Of a stretch of 64,000 bases of DNA, positions 51,425 to 61,523 are shown one piece after another (within the stretch, counting starts at the first letter, position 1; each line of letters begins with the position of its first letter). Where the stretch lies: the NCBI GenBank assembly GCA_963749705.1, contig CAVVNQ010000007.1:96001-160000 (forward strand), in the 5' to 3' direction. The DNA comes from an uncultured Chloroflexia bacterium (GTDB lineage: Bacteria > Chloroflexota > Limnocylindria > Limnocylindrales > CSP1-4). Made by a program: the position numbers and the translations under genes. Under the pieces are notes generated by a model. The model was not told the origin of the DNA. It saw only the letters and a program-made list of their open reading frames with translations, and made no database searches.

Positions 51425-52027
51425 ATGAACCTGAGGGAGCAACAGGCCGAGGCCGCACGGGCGCTCATCCGGCGAGGAGCGTTCGCGGCCTTCCTCGACC
51501 ATGGGTACGTCGGGACGACCATGGCCGACATCGCCGTGCGATCGGGCGTCGCCCGACAGACGGTCTACAACCTGTTCGAGTCGAAGGCGGCCCTGCTCCT
51601 GGCGGTGATCGAGGACCGGGTCATCGGGGCCGACGTGCGGTCGCAGGCGGACGACCACGCGGCCGTCCTCGGGGCAACGGAACCTCAGGCGATGATCGAC
51701 GGGCTCGTGGCAGCGACCATCGGCGTGGGGGAGCGAACCCTGGACGTGTACCGGATCGCACTCGAGGCGGCCGTCGTCGACACCGCCGTGGCTGACCATC
51801 TCGAACGCAACGAGCGTGACAGGCACGACGCCCAGGCGTTCTTCGTCGACGCCCTTGCGAGCAAGGGATTCCTGCGCGCGGATGTTCCAGTCGCCGACCT
51901 CAAGCGAGGCTTCTGGTTGCTCACCGCGCCGAAGACGATGGTCACGGCCATCGACGCGGGTTGGAGCCTTGACCAATACGGTGCGTGGCTGAGACACACG
52001 GTCGCCGGACTCCTGCTGCGGCCCTAG
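51425..52027 (+). CDS. TetR-family regulator
   Basis: FLDHGYVGTTMADIAVRSGVARQTVYNLFESKAALL. Confidence 0.93.
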   Translation: MNLREQQAEAARALIRRGAFAAFLDHGYVGTTMADIAVRSGVARQTVYNLFESKAALLLAVIEDRVIGADVRSQADDHAAVLGATEPQAMIDGLVAATIGVGERTLDVYRIALEAAVVDTAVADHLERNERDRHDAQAFFVDALASKGFLRADVPVADLKRGFWLLTAPKTMVTAIDAGWSLDQYGAWLRHTVAGLLLRP

Positions 52028-52034
52028 CCACCAT

Positions 52035-52059
52035 CCGACGCGCGCCTCGGATGCGTCGG
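52035..52059. terminator. Hairpin between convergent TetR genes
   Basis: CCGACGC...GCGTCGG stem just after the stop at 52027; no U-tract. Confidence 0.4.
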
Positions 52060-52140
52060 GACCGCCAGCTCCGCCGGCAGGTAGGCCATCAGGAGGTACT
52101 TGCCGACCGATGGCCCGGCGCCCGCCAAGGGACCGCCGCG

Positions 52141-52821
52141 TCAGGCGCGATCCCGGGCCCGCTCGAGGCCGTCGAGGATCAGGGCGAGTCCGTACTCGAA
52201 CTCGGCGCCGTAGTCGTAGCCGGGCTGCAGCACGTGCTCGACCGTCAGCTCGGCCAGGTGCGGGTACCGCTCGGCCGGCAGCTGCTGGAGGAGGTGGGCG
52301 GCCGCCGCGGCCGCCTGGTCCGGACTATCCAGGGGCATGGCTCGCTGCTGCAGCGCAAAGCCGTAGATGTGGCTGTCGATCGCGGAGTACGCGTGCGCGG
52401 CCAGCGCGATCGAGAAGCCGTCCTCCCGGAGGCTCCGGATCACCGCGTCGTGATGCTCCAGCGTGGCCGGCCCCGGATTGGCCCGAGACTCCATCAGGCT
52501 CGTGGCCCACGGGTGCCGTTCCAGCACCGCGAGCGCCGAGATCGCCCGTTGGCGCATGGCCGTCTTCCAGCCGACACCGCCCGGCGGGAGGCCGATCTCG
52601 CCGAACACGAGGTCCACCATGCCGTCGAGCAGGTCCTCCTTGTTGGCGACGTGGTTGTACAACGACATCGCCTCGACCCCGAGCACGGCGGCCAGCTTGC
52701 GCATCGAGAGCGCTTCGATCCCGCCGGCGTCCGCGAGCGCGATCGCGCTCCGCACCACGCGGTCCCGGCTCAGTCGGGTACGGGACCCGTCGTCCGGGCC
52801 AGCCTGACTCCCTGGCTCCAT
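52141..52821 (-). CDS. TetR-family regulator (TetR_C type)
   Basis: [49 protein letters not shown]...[12 protein letters not shown]. Confidence 0.95.
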   Translation of the reverse strand: MEPGSQAGPDDGSRTRLSRDRVVRSAIALADAGGIEALSMRKLAAVLGVEAMSLYNHVANKEDLLDGMVDLVFGEIGLPPGGVGWKTAMRQRAISALAVLERHPWATSLMESRANPGPATLEHHDAVIRSLREDGFSIALAAHAYSAIDSHIYGFALQQRAMPLDSPDQAAAAAAHLLQQLPAERYPHLAELTVEHVLQPGYDYGAEFEYGLALILDGLERARDRA

Positions 52822-52862
52822 GGTCGATCTCCGTGGTCATCCGCCGGACGGCGATCCGGGCG

Positions 52863-52915
52863 TTGACAAACTTACACCGTATGTATACGGTAACGCCAGT
52901 ACTTACAGCGTAAGT
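52863..52915 (+). promoter_or_regulatory. Sigma70-type promoter with two TetR operators
   Basis: TTGACA (52863), 17 bp, TACGGT (52886); operators ACTTACACCGTATGT (52870) and ACTTACAGCGTAAGT (52901). Confidence 0.8.
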
Positions 52916-52940
52916 CGTCGTCCACCTGAAGGAGGGACCC

Positions 52941-53664
52941 ATGCACGCACCCAAGCGCCTCGCGAGAACCGCCGGGCTCCTGTACCTGATCGTCGCCATC
53001 TTCGGCGGCTTCGCCCAGTTCGGCGTTCGGATGCAGGTCTACGTCGCCGGCGACGCCGCGACCACCGCCGAGAACGTCGTGGCGAATGCCGGGCTCGTGC
53101 GTGATGGGCGTGGTCGCCGACCTGCTCCAGGCAACCGTCTTCCTGTTCCTTGCGATGACGCTGTACCTGCTGCTCCAGGAGGTGAGCCGGAACTCGGCGC
53201 GGGCGATGGTGATCCTGGTCGCGATCGCGACGACCATGATGTGCCTGGTCGTGGGGTTTCAGTTCGCCGCCCTGCTGGTCGCGACGGACCCGTCGTACGC
53301 GACGGCCTTTGGCACGGCCGGGTCCAGCGCGCTGGTGCTGCTCCTGCTCGACCTCCAGCACTACGGGTTCCTCATCGCCCAGATCTTCTTCGGCCTGTGG
53401 CTGGTGCCGCTGGGATACCTCGCCTTCCGGTCCGGGATGTTCCCGCGGGCGCTGAGCGTCCTGCTGGTCGTGGGCGGCGCGTGCTACCTCGCGGACATGC
53501 TCGTGCTGTTCCTGGTCCCCGAGATCGGCGCCCGGATCAACGACGTCATCGTGATCCCGTCCACCATCGCCGAGCTGTGGATGATCGGCTACCTGCTGCT
53601 CAAGGGGATCCGGTCGCCGCGACGCGCGGGGGCCACGCCGGCGATGGCGCCTGCCGGCGCCTGA
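52941..53664 (+). CDS. DUF4386 family membrane protein (one frameshift near 53103)
   Basis: LARTAGLLYL...GDAATTAENV, then in the +1 frame IAQIFFGLWLVPLGYL.FRSG.FPR...AELWMIGYLLLKG. Confidence 0.85.
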
Positions 53665-53800
53665 GCGCCAGGCACTCCCGCCAGGTCCACGTCGCTCTCC
53701 GGCGGCGGCATCTCGATCGAGGCGGGCACGCAGGCCGATCCGGCCAGGGTGGTGGACGCGATCGATATGCTGGTCGTCACGGAAAGACAGGAGGTGCATC

Positions 53801-54421
53801 GTGAACGAGCAGGAAATCGGCCGCCGCGTGCGTGACAGCATCATCGGGACGATCAAGGGAACCGGGGAGATCACCGAGGTCACGGTCGCGACGCTGTCAT
53901 CCGCCGTCCAGCGCACCTTCAAGGAGGCCGGCACGGCCGGCTCCACCGCTGCCGATCTCGCCATCGGGGCCGTCAAGGGCACGATCCGCGCCGCCGGCGA
54001 CGTGGTCGGCGTCGGGGCGCAGACCGCCGCCGAGTCCGTCAGCGCGGCCGCCAGCGCAGCGGGCGTCGCGGCCGCCTCGATCGGCTACGCGGCCAAGGCC
54101 GCGGTCGTGGGCGGTGTCCGCGGTTCGTCCGAAGCCGGCGTGGAGACGCTCGAGGCGATCAGCCGCACCAGCCGGAGCGCGGTCGCCGAAGCCTCCGCCG
54201 TGGGTGCCGACGTCACGGCCGCCGCGGTGGGCGCGGTCGAGGGTGCGATCGAGATTGCCAAGGAGACCAGCGTCAGCGCGGAGGCGGCGGCGACGGCGGC
54301 CGCGACGGGCGCGATCGACGCGGCTGGCGACATCGGCGATGCCGCCGCAACGCGCGTCCGCAACTCCGTCCAGGGCACGATTCGTGGTGTGAAGGTCGTG
54401 CTCAAGACGCCGCTCGAATAG
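53801..54421 (+). CDS. Ala/Gly-rich helical repeat hypothetical protein
   Basis: GGAGGT RBS; recurring AV.G(A/T)I.AA.(D/E)(V/I) units. Confidence 0.75.
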   Translation: MNEQEIGRRVRDSIIGTIKGTGEITEVTVATLSSAVQRTFKEAGTAGSTAADLAIGAVKGTIRAAGDVVGVGAQTAAESVSAAASAAGVAAASIGYAAKAAVVGGVRGSSEAGVETLEAISRTSRSAVAEASAVGADVTAAAVGAVEGAIEIAKETSVSAEAAATAAATGAIDAAGDIGDAAATRVRNSVQGTIRGVKVVLKTPLE

Positions 54422-54464
54422 GACTCGCGGCGCCGACCGCGTTCGTCGGCGCTACGATCCGGAC

Positions 54465-54995
54465 ATGATCGATCTCGTCATCACGCTTGTCGGTCCGGAC
54501 CACCCGGGCATCGTCGATTCGGTGTCGGAGGTCGTCGCCGCGCACGGCGGCAACTGGCTCGACAGCCGGATGGCGCACCTCGCGGGCAAGTTTGCCGGCG
54601 TGCTCCGCGTCGAGGTGGCCGACGAGCAGGTGGCGGCGCTCGAGGAGGCGCTGGGCCGTCTCGGGGGGAGCGGCCTGCGGGTCGTCGTCGAGCGCAGCGA
54701 ACTTGTCGAGGCGCCGCGGCTTCCCGCGAGGGAGATCGAGCTGCTCGGCCTCGACCGCCCGGGCCTGGTCCACGAGATCTCGGCCGTGCTCGCGGCGCAC
54801 GGGATCAACGTCGAGGAGCTGGCCACGGACCTGCCACCGGCTGCCCATTCCGGCGACCGCATGTTCCGCGCCCTGATCCGCGTGACCGTCCCCGAGGGTG
54901 CCGACCTGACCGCGGTCCGCCAGGGCCTGGAGCGGCTGGCCGGCGACCTGATGGTGGAGATCCACCTCGCCGATACCCCCGACGCCGGTCGCTGA
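54465..54995 (+). CDS. GcvR-like tandem ACT domain protein
   Basis: LVITLVGPDHPGIV...GNWLDSRMAHLAGKFAG; second ACT GLDRPGLVHEIS. Confidence 0.88.
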   Translation: MIDLVITLVGPDHPGIVDSVSEVVAAHGGNWLDSRMAHLAGKFAGVLRVEVADEQVAALEEALGRLGGSGLRVVVERSELVEAPRLPAREIELLGLDRPGLVHEISAVLAAHGINVEELATDLPPAAHSGDRMFRALIRVTVPEGADLTAVRQGLERLAGDLMVEIHLADTPDAGR

Positions 54996-55059
54996 CGCGC
55001 GTCCCGGGCCGGCGCGATGGCCGATCGCGGTGGCCTCGGGGTCGGACATGGCACCCGGT

Positions 55060-57969
55060 CTAGGTGGCAGGGGACAGCGCGAAGGCGACGGCCTCGTCGC
55101 TGGTCATCACGCGACCCGCGGCCCACGCGGAGCCGAGGACTCCCTCGTCGGTTTCGCTTCGAAGTCGGGCGACCTGTGCGTCGTATTCCTCGCGTTCGGC
55201 CGAGGTCATCCGGGACTCGGAGGCTTCGCGGAGCGCCTCGGCTGCGCCGTACAGGCGAGCCGCCCGGGCGCCGTCACCCCTCGCGAGCGCCACTGACGCA
55301 AACGACTCGAGCTGGTTCGCGACCGCCCCGCGGTTCCCGGTCCGCTGCCAGCCCCGGATCGACTCGCGGTACTCGGCCTCGGCCTCGTCGATCCTGCCGT
55401 CGTGCCGCAGGGCATGGCCGAGCTCGCTCTGCGCGGAGAGCGCGAAACGTCGGTCGTCGAGCGCGTCGAAGCGCGCCCTGGATTCACGGTACCAACGCTG
55501 CGCATCGCCCAGTCGGCCGGTCATGGCAGCGACGCGGCCACGAGCCTGCGCGACGTAGGCGGCGTCGAATGGGTTGGCCGAACGACGGGCGGCCTCGTGC
55601 GACCGCTCGAGCCAGCCATCCGCTGCGACCGGGTCCAGCTGGGCCTCGATCATCGCGACCGAGACCGCAATGCGGGAGAGACGGCCCCAGTCCCCGAGGT
55701 CCGTGGCGACCCTGACCGCCTCGTCGGCGACGGAGCGCCACTCGCCGCGCAGCCCCGCCGGCGCGCTGGGATCCCCGCGAAACAGCCAGACATGGAGCGC
55801 GTCGGCGATCGCGACCGGATCCTCCGATGCCCTGGCAGCGGCGAGCGCCTCGTCGCCCAGCGCGAGCGTCTCCATTCGGCCGCCCATCGCGGCCAGGAAC
55901 GAGGCGCCCGCGAGCGCACGGGCGGTGAGGCTGGCTCGGGTGCGTTGGGCCGCTTCCTGATCGGGCGCGGGACTCCGTCGAACTCGATCGACCGCCTGCA
56001 GGATGCGGTCGCGCCCCTCCGGTCCCATCGTGCGGGCCTGCCAGTAGCGGACCATCGAGACGCAGATCTCGAGCCCCGCCTCGGGGCTGGTCTCCGACGC
56101 CCAATCGAGCGCCGATCGCACGTTCTCGAGCTCCGTGTCCAGGCGACGCAGCCACACCGGCGACTCCGCGCCGTCGAGCCCCCGCTCGGCATCGAGCGCC
56201 AGCTGGCGGAAGAACCGAAGGTGCCGGTCCCGGAGCGCCACCGTCTCGCCGCTCGCCGCGAGCTGGTCCGCGGCGTACTGCCGGACCGTCTCGAGCATCC
56301 GGTATCGGGTGGAGCCCTCGTGGTCGGCCACGACGAGCGACCGATCGACGAGACGTCCGAGCCCGTCGATGGCGGCGAACCGCGCCGCCGCGTCCGCGCG
56401 CGCCGCCCGGGCGGGATCCTCGGCAGCCGCGTCGTCGACCGCGACCACGGCCGCGGCGTCGAGCGTCCAGCCACCGGAGAACACGGCCACCCGGCGCAGG
56501 AGCCGGCGATCCTCGTCCTCGAGCAGATCCCAGCTCCAGTCGATGAGGGCCTGCAGCGTTCGCTGCCGGGGTACCGCGGTGCGGCGTCCGCCCGTCAGGA
56601 GGCGGAAGCGGTCGCCCAGGCCCTCCGCGATCTCGTTGGCGGACAGGACGTTGACGCGGGCTGCCGCGAGCTCGAGGGCAAGGGGAATGCCGTCCAGGCG
56701 CCGGCAGATCTCGACGATGGCCCGCACGTTCGACCGATCGATCGCGAAGGCCGGGAGGGTCGCGGTCGCACGGTCGACGAACAGCCGCACCGCCTCGGAT
56801 CGATCGGCCTGCTCGACCTCCGCGTCGTCGATCGCCGCGTCCGGGTCGCGCACCTCGCCGGCGAGCGTCGGCAGCGCCAGCGACGGCACGGCGAAGACGG
56901 CCTCGCCCTCGACGCCGAGGGGCTCCCGGCTCGTGGCCAGCAGCTGCAGCGCGGGACAGGCACCGAGCAGCTGATCGGCCACCTCGGCGGCGGCCTCGAT
57001 GAGGTGCTCGCAGTTGTCGAGCAGCAGGAGGAGCTCCTTCGAGCGCAGGTAGTCGACGATCCCGTTGATCGGAGGCTGTCCCGGCTGTGGCTGGATGCCC
57101 AGGGCGCGGCCGATCTCGGACGTCACGAGCTCGGGGTCACTGACCGGCGCGAGCTCGACCAGCCAGGCGCCGTCGCGGTACCGGTCGAGGCCGTCCGCCG
57201 CGGCCTGGAGCGCGAGGCGGGTCTTGCCGGTGCCACCCACGCCGACCAGCGTCACGAGGCGGCTGGTGGTGAGCAGCCGCGCGAGGTCAGCCAGCTCCCG
57301 CTCGCGACCGACGAACGACGTCGCCTGGGGCCGGAGGTTCGTCGGGTGCTCGGCGCTCGTTCGCAGGGCCGGGAACGTGCGGCGCAGGCCCGGGGCGACG
57401 AGCTGGAAGACCTGCTCGGGCCGGTCGAGGTCGCGCAGCCGGTGCTCGCCCAGGTCCACGAGCTCGCACCCCGCCGGAAGGCTGCCCGCGACGAGCGCCG
57501 CGCTCGCGCCCGAGACGAGCACCTGGTCACCGTGGCCGATCGCGAGCAGGCGCGCCACGCGGTTGACCGTCGGCCCGAAGAAGTCGTCATCGCGGACCTC
57601 GGCGGTCCCGGAGTGGATCGCCATCCGGACCCGCAGGCGGCCCGTCTCCGGCCAGTCGTGACGGTCGAGCGCGTGCTGGCCCTCGATCGCCGCGGTCAGC
57701 GCGGCCTCGCATTGGTCGAACGCGGCGAGCATCCCGTCCCCGGTCGTCTTGACGACCATCCCGCCCGCATCCTCGACGGCCGTCCGGAGCAGGGCGTCAT
57801 GCGCGGCGAGGGCGGCCCCCATCGCCGCCCGGTGCTCCTCCCAGAGCCGCGCGCTTCCCTCGATGTCCGTGAACAGGAACGTCTCGGTCCGGGACGGACG
57901 TGTCGGCGTCACTGCTCGCCCGATCTCGCTCGCACTCCGGGATTGTGGGGCCCTGTCGTGCGTCGTCAA
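55060..57969 (-). CDS. Adenylate-cyclase-like + STAND NTPase + TPR-like protein
   Basis: FLFTDIEGS, KTTGDG, RMAIHSG, GPTVNRVARL; Walker A GVGGTGKT; LLDNCEH; LDGIPLALELAAAR; helical repeats; no C-terminal HTH. Confidence 0.92.
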   Translation of the reverse strand: MTTHDRAPQSRSASEIGRAVTPTRPSRTETFLFTDIEGSARLWEEHRAAMGAALAAHDALLRTAVEDAGGMVVKTTGDGMLAAFDQCEAALTAAIEGQHALDRHDWPETGRLRVRMAIHSGTAEVRDDDFFGPTVNRVARLLAIGHGDQVLVSGASAALVAGSLPAGCELVDLGEHRLRDLDRPEQVFQLVAPGLRRTFPALRTSAEHPTNLRPQATSFVGRERELADLARLLTTSRLVTLVGVGGTGKTRLALQAAADGLDRYRDGAWLVELAPVSDPELVTSEIGRALGIQPQPGQPPINGIVDYLRSKELLLLLDNCEHLIEAAAEVADQLLGACPALQLLATSREPLGVEGEAVFAVPSLALPTLAGEVRDPDAAIDDAEVEQADRSEAVRLFVDRATATLPAFAIDRSNVRAIVEICRRLDGIPLALELAAARVNVLSANEIAEGLGDRFRLLTGGRRTAVPRQRTLQALIDWSWDLLEDEDRRLLRRVAVFSGGWTLDAAAVVAVDDAAAEDPARAARADAAARFAAIDGLGRLVDRSLVVADHEGSTRYRMLETVRQYAADQLAASGETVALRDRHLRFFRQLALDAERGLDGAESPVWLRRLDTELENVRSALDWASETSPEAGLEICVSMVRYWQARTMGPEGRDRILQAVDRVRRSPAPDQEAAQRTRASLTARALAGASFLAAMGGRMETLALGDEALAAARASEDPVAIADALHVWLFRGDPSAPAGLRGEWRSVADEAVRVATDLGDWGRLSRIAVSVAMIEAQLDPVAADGWLERSHEAARRSANPFDAAYVAQARGRVAAMTGRLGDAQRWYRESRARFDALDDRRFALSAQSELGHALRHDGRIDEAEAEYRESIRGWQRTGNRGAVANQLESFASVALARGDGARAARLYGAAEALREASESRMTSAEREEYDAQVARLRSETDEGVLGSAWAAGRVMTSDEAVAFALSPAT

Positions 57970-58124
57970 CTACCCGCGACGACGTGGTCGCGGTTGGGCA
58001 GCTCACGCATGCCGATACCGATCTATCACCATCTGCTCGCATCTGATCGATGGCGCGGACCGCCCACCGATTACGATTGGTGTCCAACGTTGCGATCGCA
58101 GCGCCACCGGCCTGGGCACATCTG

Positions 58125-59450
58125 ATGCAAGTTTTCGAACTCTATCGATACCAGAAGCCGAGTCCCGGGCCTGACGTTGAGTTCATCGACGGGTATCGGA
58201 ACATCTTCAACGTGACTCGTTGGCCGAATTGGCCCGGCCTTGCCAATGCGGGCCGCGTTCAGCTCGATCACGGTATCGACTCGGTCAAGCGGGTCCAGGC
58301 AGTCGACGGGGAGCGACGACCGGCGATCCTGATCGCTTCGAAACCGCACCGGGCCGGGTCCGACTGGACACCCTGGCACGACGAACTTGATCCGGAACGA
58401 GGCCACATCCGGTACTTCGGCGACAACAAAGCGGAGCTCGGCACAGATCCGCTCGGACCGAGAGGAAATCGGTCCGTGATCGAGCAGTTCGCCCTTCATA
58501 CCGGCGTGAGTCGTGCTGATCGCCTTCGCGCCGCCCCTCTGCTCTTCTTCGAGAGCCTCGTCCACGAGGGGCACGCCAAAGGGTACTGGCGGTTTCTCGG
58601 AGTCGGCCTCGTCGAGCACGCTGAGCTCGTAGCCCAGGTCGATCGCAGGGGCAGACCCTTCGTCAACTACGCCTTCGACTGCCTCTTGGTCGACCTCAGT
58701 CTCGAGGGACTCGGCATTGCATGGGAATGGATCGCTGCACGTCGCGATCCCACCAAGTCGCTCGAGGACTGCCTGCAGCTGGCACCCGCGTCATGGCGAC
58801 TCTGGGTGAATGGCGGGGCGACCGTCAGAGAGTCAATTCGGCAGCGACTGGCGCGTGCTTCGACACTGAGCGCAGCCGACCAGCGACCGGATGCCGGCAC
58901 CCCTGCGGAAGACGCCCTGCGCCATGTCATTGCGCATTACAAGAGACTTGGCCAGTACCACGGCGTTGGGGAGCACCGGTTTGAAGGACTGGCCTCCGAG
59001 ATAACAGGCAGCGTTCTTCGTGATAGCGGTCAATATCACCCGGGCTGGATCACCAAGCGAGCTGGCGACGGAGGTATCGACTTCGTCAGTCGGCTCGACC
59101 TCGGTTCCGGATCTGGCGCCCTGAAACTCGTGGTGCTCGGCCAGGCCAAATGCATCGCCGGGGCCGCACCAGTCACCAGTGGGCTGGATCTGGCTCGGAC
59201 GGTTGCACGACTCGACCGCGGTTGGGTCGGCTCCTTTGTCACCACCGGGTACTTCAGCGAGCAGGCCCAGCGAGAGGTCATCAACGATCGGTTCCCACTG
59301 CTCATGTTGAACGGGCGGCAGGTCGGCGAGTCGGTCGTGCGTGAGTCGGCGCTTCGCGGGCTCTCAATTCCTGAGTACGTGGCTGCTGTCGATGCCGAAT
59401 ACGACGCCCGTGTCTCGACGCGGCAACCTGCGGAGATCCTTGGCGACTAA
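58125..59450 (+). CDS. AspBHI/Mrr-like modification-dependent restriction endonuclease
   Basis: N-terminal TPWHDELD...IRYFGDNK...GN...PLLFF (SRA-like, as recalled for AspBHI); C-terminal FEGLA...DGGIDFV...LGQAKC...LARTVARL.RGW.G.FVTT. Confidence 0.8.
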   Translation: MQVFELYRYQKPSPGPDVEFIDGYRNIFNVTRWPNWPGLANAGRVQLDHGIDSVKRVQAVDGERRPAILIASKPHRAGSDWTPWHDELDPERGHIRYFGDNKAELGTDPLGPRGNRSVIEQFALHTGVSRADRLRAAPLLFFESLVHEGHAKGYWRFLGVGLVEHAELVAQVDRRGRPFVNYAFDCLLVDLSLEGLGIAWEWIAARRDPTKSLEDCLQLAPASWRLWVNGGATVRESIRQRLARASTLSAADQRPDAGTPAEDALRHVIAHYKRLGQYHGVGEHRFEGLASEITGSVLRDSGQYHPGWITKRAGDGGIDFVSRLDLGSGSGALKLVVLGQAKCIAGAAPVTSGLDLARTVARLDRGWVGSFVTTGYFSEQAQREVINDRFPLLMLNGRQVGESVVRESALRGLSIPEYVAAVDAEYDARVSTRQPAEILGD

Positions 59451-59658
59451 TAGCCAGCCGGCACGATCCGCGACGCTGAGAATTTCCGGGTGTCAGCGAT
59501 CGGGCCAGCGCAGGATGGGCCCTACGGATCGCCGCAGAGGGCAGACGATGTCGCCGCGTTCGAGTCGCGGCACGGCCCGCTCGCCAACGCGGTGCCCGAG
59601 CGCTTCCGTCACCTGGCCGTGGGCCGCCTCTACGACATGGTCTTCGGACCCGGGGCGC

Positions 59659-60366
59659 CTAACCGGGAAGGCTCCAATCGAGCCAGCAGGAGCCACGCTC
59701 CACGAGGCCGTCATTCGCCCGACTGAACGGCCTCGAGTCGCGGAAGAAGGGTTGTGACCGCGCCATCGGATGCGGGGAGCACACCACGACATGCTGACCG
59801 CCGGTGATGAGGCGGGCCTTGGCATGCGCGTGCCGACCCCAGAGCAGGAAGGCCACCGACTCGTGCTTGCCTGCGATAGCCGTGATGATCCCGTCCGTCA
59901 GGTTCGCCCAAGCGCGGCGGTGCGCGGCGGCGTTGCCCTGCCTGAACGTGAGCGACGTGTTGAGGAGCAGAACGCCCTTGGCCGACCAGGCTTCCAGGGA
60001 TCCGTGGTCGGGAGTGGTCCACCCGCCGTCGGACTGCAGGACTGTCCGGATCCGCATGAGCGAGCGCGGCAGCGGTGGCGCCAAGTCCTGCGGGACCGAG
60101 AACGCGAGGCCCATCGCATGCGCCGCGTTCGGGTACGGGTCCTGGCCGAGGATCACCGCTCGCACGGACGCGAACGGCGTCGCCCGGAGCGCGGCGAAGA
60201 CGCGGTCGCCGTCGGGCAGGACCATGCCCGCGTCTCGCTCCTGTGCGATGAAGTCGGCGATCGGCGCGAGTCGTTCGGGCGAGGCGGCCGGACCGATCGC
60301 GAGCGCCCAGTCTTCCGGGATCGAGCCGATGGCCATCTCGCTCCTGGCCGCGCGGTCGTCCGTCAC
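59659..60366 (-). CDS. ung: Uracil-DNA glycosylase, family 1-like (divergent)
   Basis: VILGQDPYP, AMGLAFSV, PRSL, GVLLLNTSLT, FLLWG, SPHP. Confidence 0.88.
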   Translation of the reverse strand: MTDDRAARSEMAIGSIPEDWALAIGPAASPERLAPIADFIAQERDAGMVLPDGDRVFAALRATPFASVRAVILGQDPYPNAAHAMGLAFSVPQDLAPPLPRSLMRIRTVLQSDGGWTTPDHGSLEAWSAKGVLLLNTSLTFRQGNAAAHRRAWANLTDGIITAIAGKHESVAFLLWGRHAHAKARLITGGQHVVVCSPHPMARSQPFFRDSRPFSRANDGLVERGSCWLDWSLPG

Positions 60367-61076
60367 GTCGCCTCAGCCTTGGCCACCGCCTTGACGATGA
60401 GGTCGGTGTACGCGGCCGGGCCGTAGCCGCGATGGCTCGCACCGTTGGGATGCCAGCCGATCACCCAGGTACGCCCGTCGGTGCGGCCGGCTCGGAGGAG
60501 CGGGCGCGGTTCCTCGGGAAGGTCGGCGAGGCCCGCTGGGCCGGCTGCGGGCCACCAGAAGGGGCCGACGGTGGCAATTACCCGCTTCGCGTCCAGCCAG
60601 TCAGTCACGGCGCGCAGCAGCGGCCCGACGTGCGGATCCTCAGCTTCCTTGAGGGCGCCGCCTGGGTTGCCCGGCGGATCCTCAGGCGCCGATGGGAACA
60701 GGTTCACCCAGGCAAAGCGGGCGTACCAGGGCGCATCGATGTTGGGCTCGAGGGCTTCGACCATCCGGCGTACCGCCCGCCAGAACGGCGAGGTCCGGAC
60801 GGGATGGGTGTCGATCCAGTTGAGCGGGTCGGGTTTGTCGACCCGGCTGCGGATCGACGCGATGATCGCGGCTCGAACTGTCGGATCCTGGAGGTCGACA
60901 GCCTTCGCATCGTCCGCCCAGCCGTAGACCGCTTGGCCGACGATCACGAGCCCGCGGTAGGCACTTCCAACGTGCGGCCAATGCGTGACGACGGGCCGGT
61001 CGCCGATGTCAGCGGCACGCTCGCCGATCGCTGTGAGGATGCGGTCGTAGCCTGCGACGACGCGGGTCTCATCCAT
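60363..61076 (-). CDS. UDG-superfamily-like protein of unknown specificity
   Basis: PHVGSAY..LVIVGQAVYGW, SPFW, FAWVNLF and terminal GWHP match the order of UDG-fold motifs; GTGA overlap with ung. Confidence 0.62.
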   Translation of the reverse strand: MDETRVVAGYDRILTAIGERAADIGDRPVVTHWPHVGSAYRGLVIVGQAVYGWADDAKAVDLQDPTVRAAIIASIRSRVDKPDPLNWIDTHPVRTSPFWRAVRRMVEALEPNIDAPWYARFAWVNLFPSAPEDPPGNPGGALKEAEDPHVGPLLRAVTDWLDAKRVIATVGPFWWPAAGPAGLADLPEEPRPLLRAGRTDGRTWVIGWHPNGASHRGYGPAAYTDLIVKAVAKAEAT

Positions 61077-61238
61077 CCGATGAGTCTGCCACGACAGATG
61101 GAGCCGCCGCGGCCTTATCTCTGAGCCCACCCGGTCGCGTAGCCGACCATCGGCGCACAGTGCGGCGACCTTGCGCAGCATGAAGACGACCAAAGACACC
61201 CGGTCAGGGTGTCCTTCGCAAGCACAAGACTGAGGAAG

Positions 61239-61314
61239 TGGAGCGGGAGACGGGATTCGAACCCGCGACATTCTGCTTGGGAAGCAGACACTCTGCCAGC
61301 TGAGTTACTCCCGC
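61239..61314 (-). tRNA. tRNA-Gly (CCC)
   Basis: Reverse complement GCGGGAGTAACTCAGCTGGCAGAGTGTCTGCTTCCCAAGCAGAATGTCGCGGGTTCGAATCCCGTCTCCCGCTCCA: 76 nt, cloverleaf, CCC anticodon, U73, encoded CCA. Confidence 0.97.
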
Positions 61315-61325
61315 TCGGGAGGGCG

Positions 61326-61523
61326 TCATTCTAACGGTCCGGTCGGGCGCCGCCAAGCGGGCGTTGGCCCTCGGTCAGCTGCTGGCCTTGCGAGCCGGTG
61401 GCGAGCGTGGACTTCCTGGATCGTGGTCGCCGATAATTCGCCGCGCCGGTCGTCGGTAGTTCCCCTGAGCGGACCAGCGACGTTCGCCGTCACGACGCGT
61501 CTGGGCGTATCCCAGTCAGCCAT
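61326..61523 (-). CDS. Possible small hypothetical protein
   Basis: GGGGAG RBS before the ATG; no recognisable motif. Confidence 0.25.
   Translation of the reverse strand: MADWDTPRRVVTANVAGPLRGTTDDRRGELSATTIQEVHARHRLARPAADRGPTPAWRRPTGPLE

Noticed and set aside
54430-54452. GCGCCGAC/GTCGGCGC hairpin as a repeat element
   Set aside because: Single occurrence right after a stop codon; at most an ordinary terminator-like stem.
59490-59726. Short plus-strand ORF between the endonuclease and ung
   Set aside because: No RBS, and it overlaps the ung 3' end. It may be a gene remnant but cannot be supported.
57970-61238. Integrated element bounded by a duplicated tRNA 3' end
   Set aside because: No second copy of the tRNA-Gly 3' sequence and no integrase were found by eye, so no mobile element is called.
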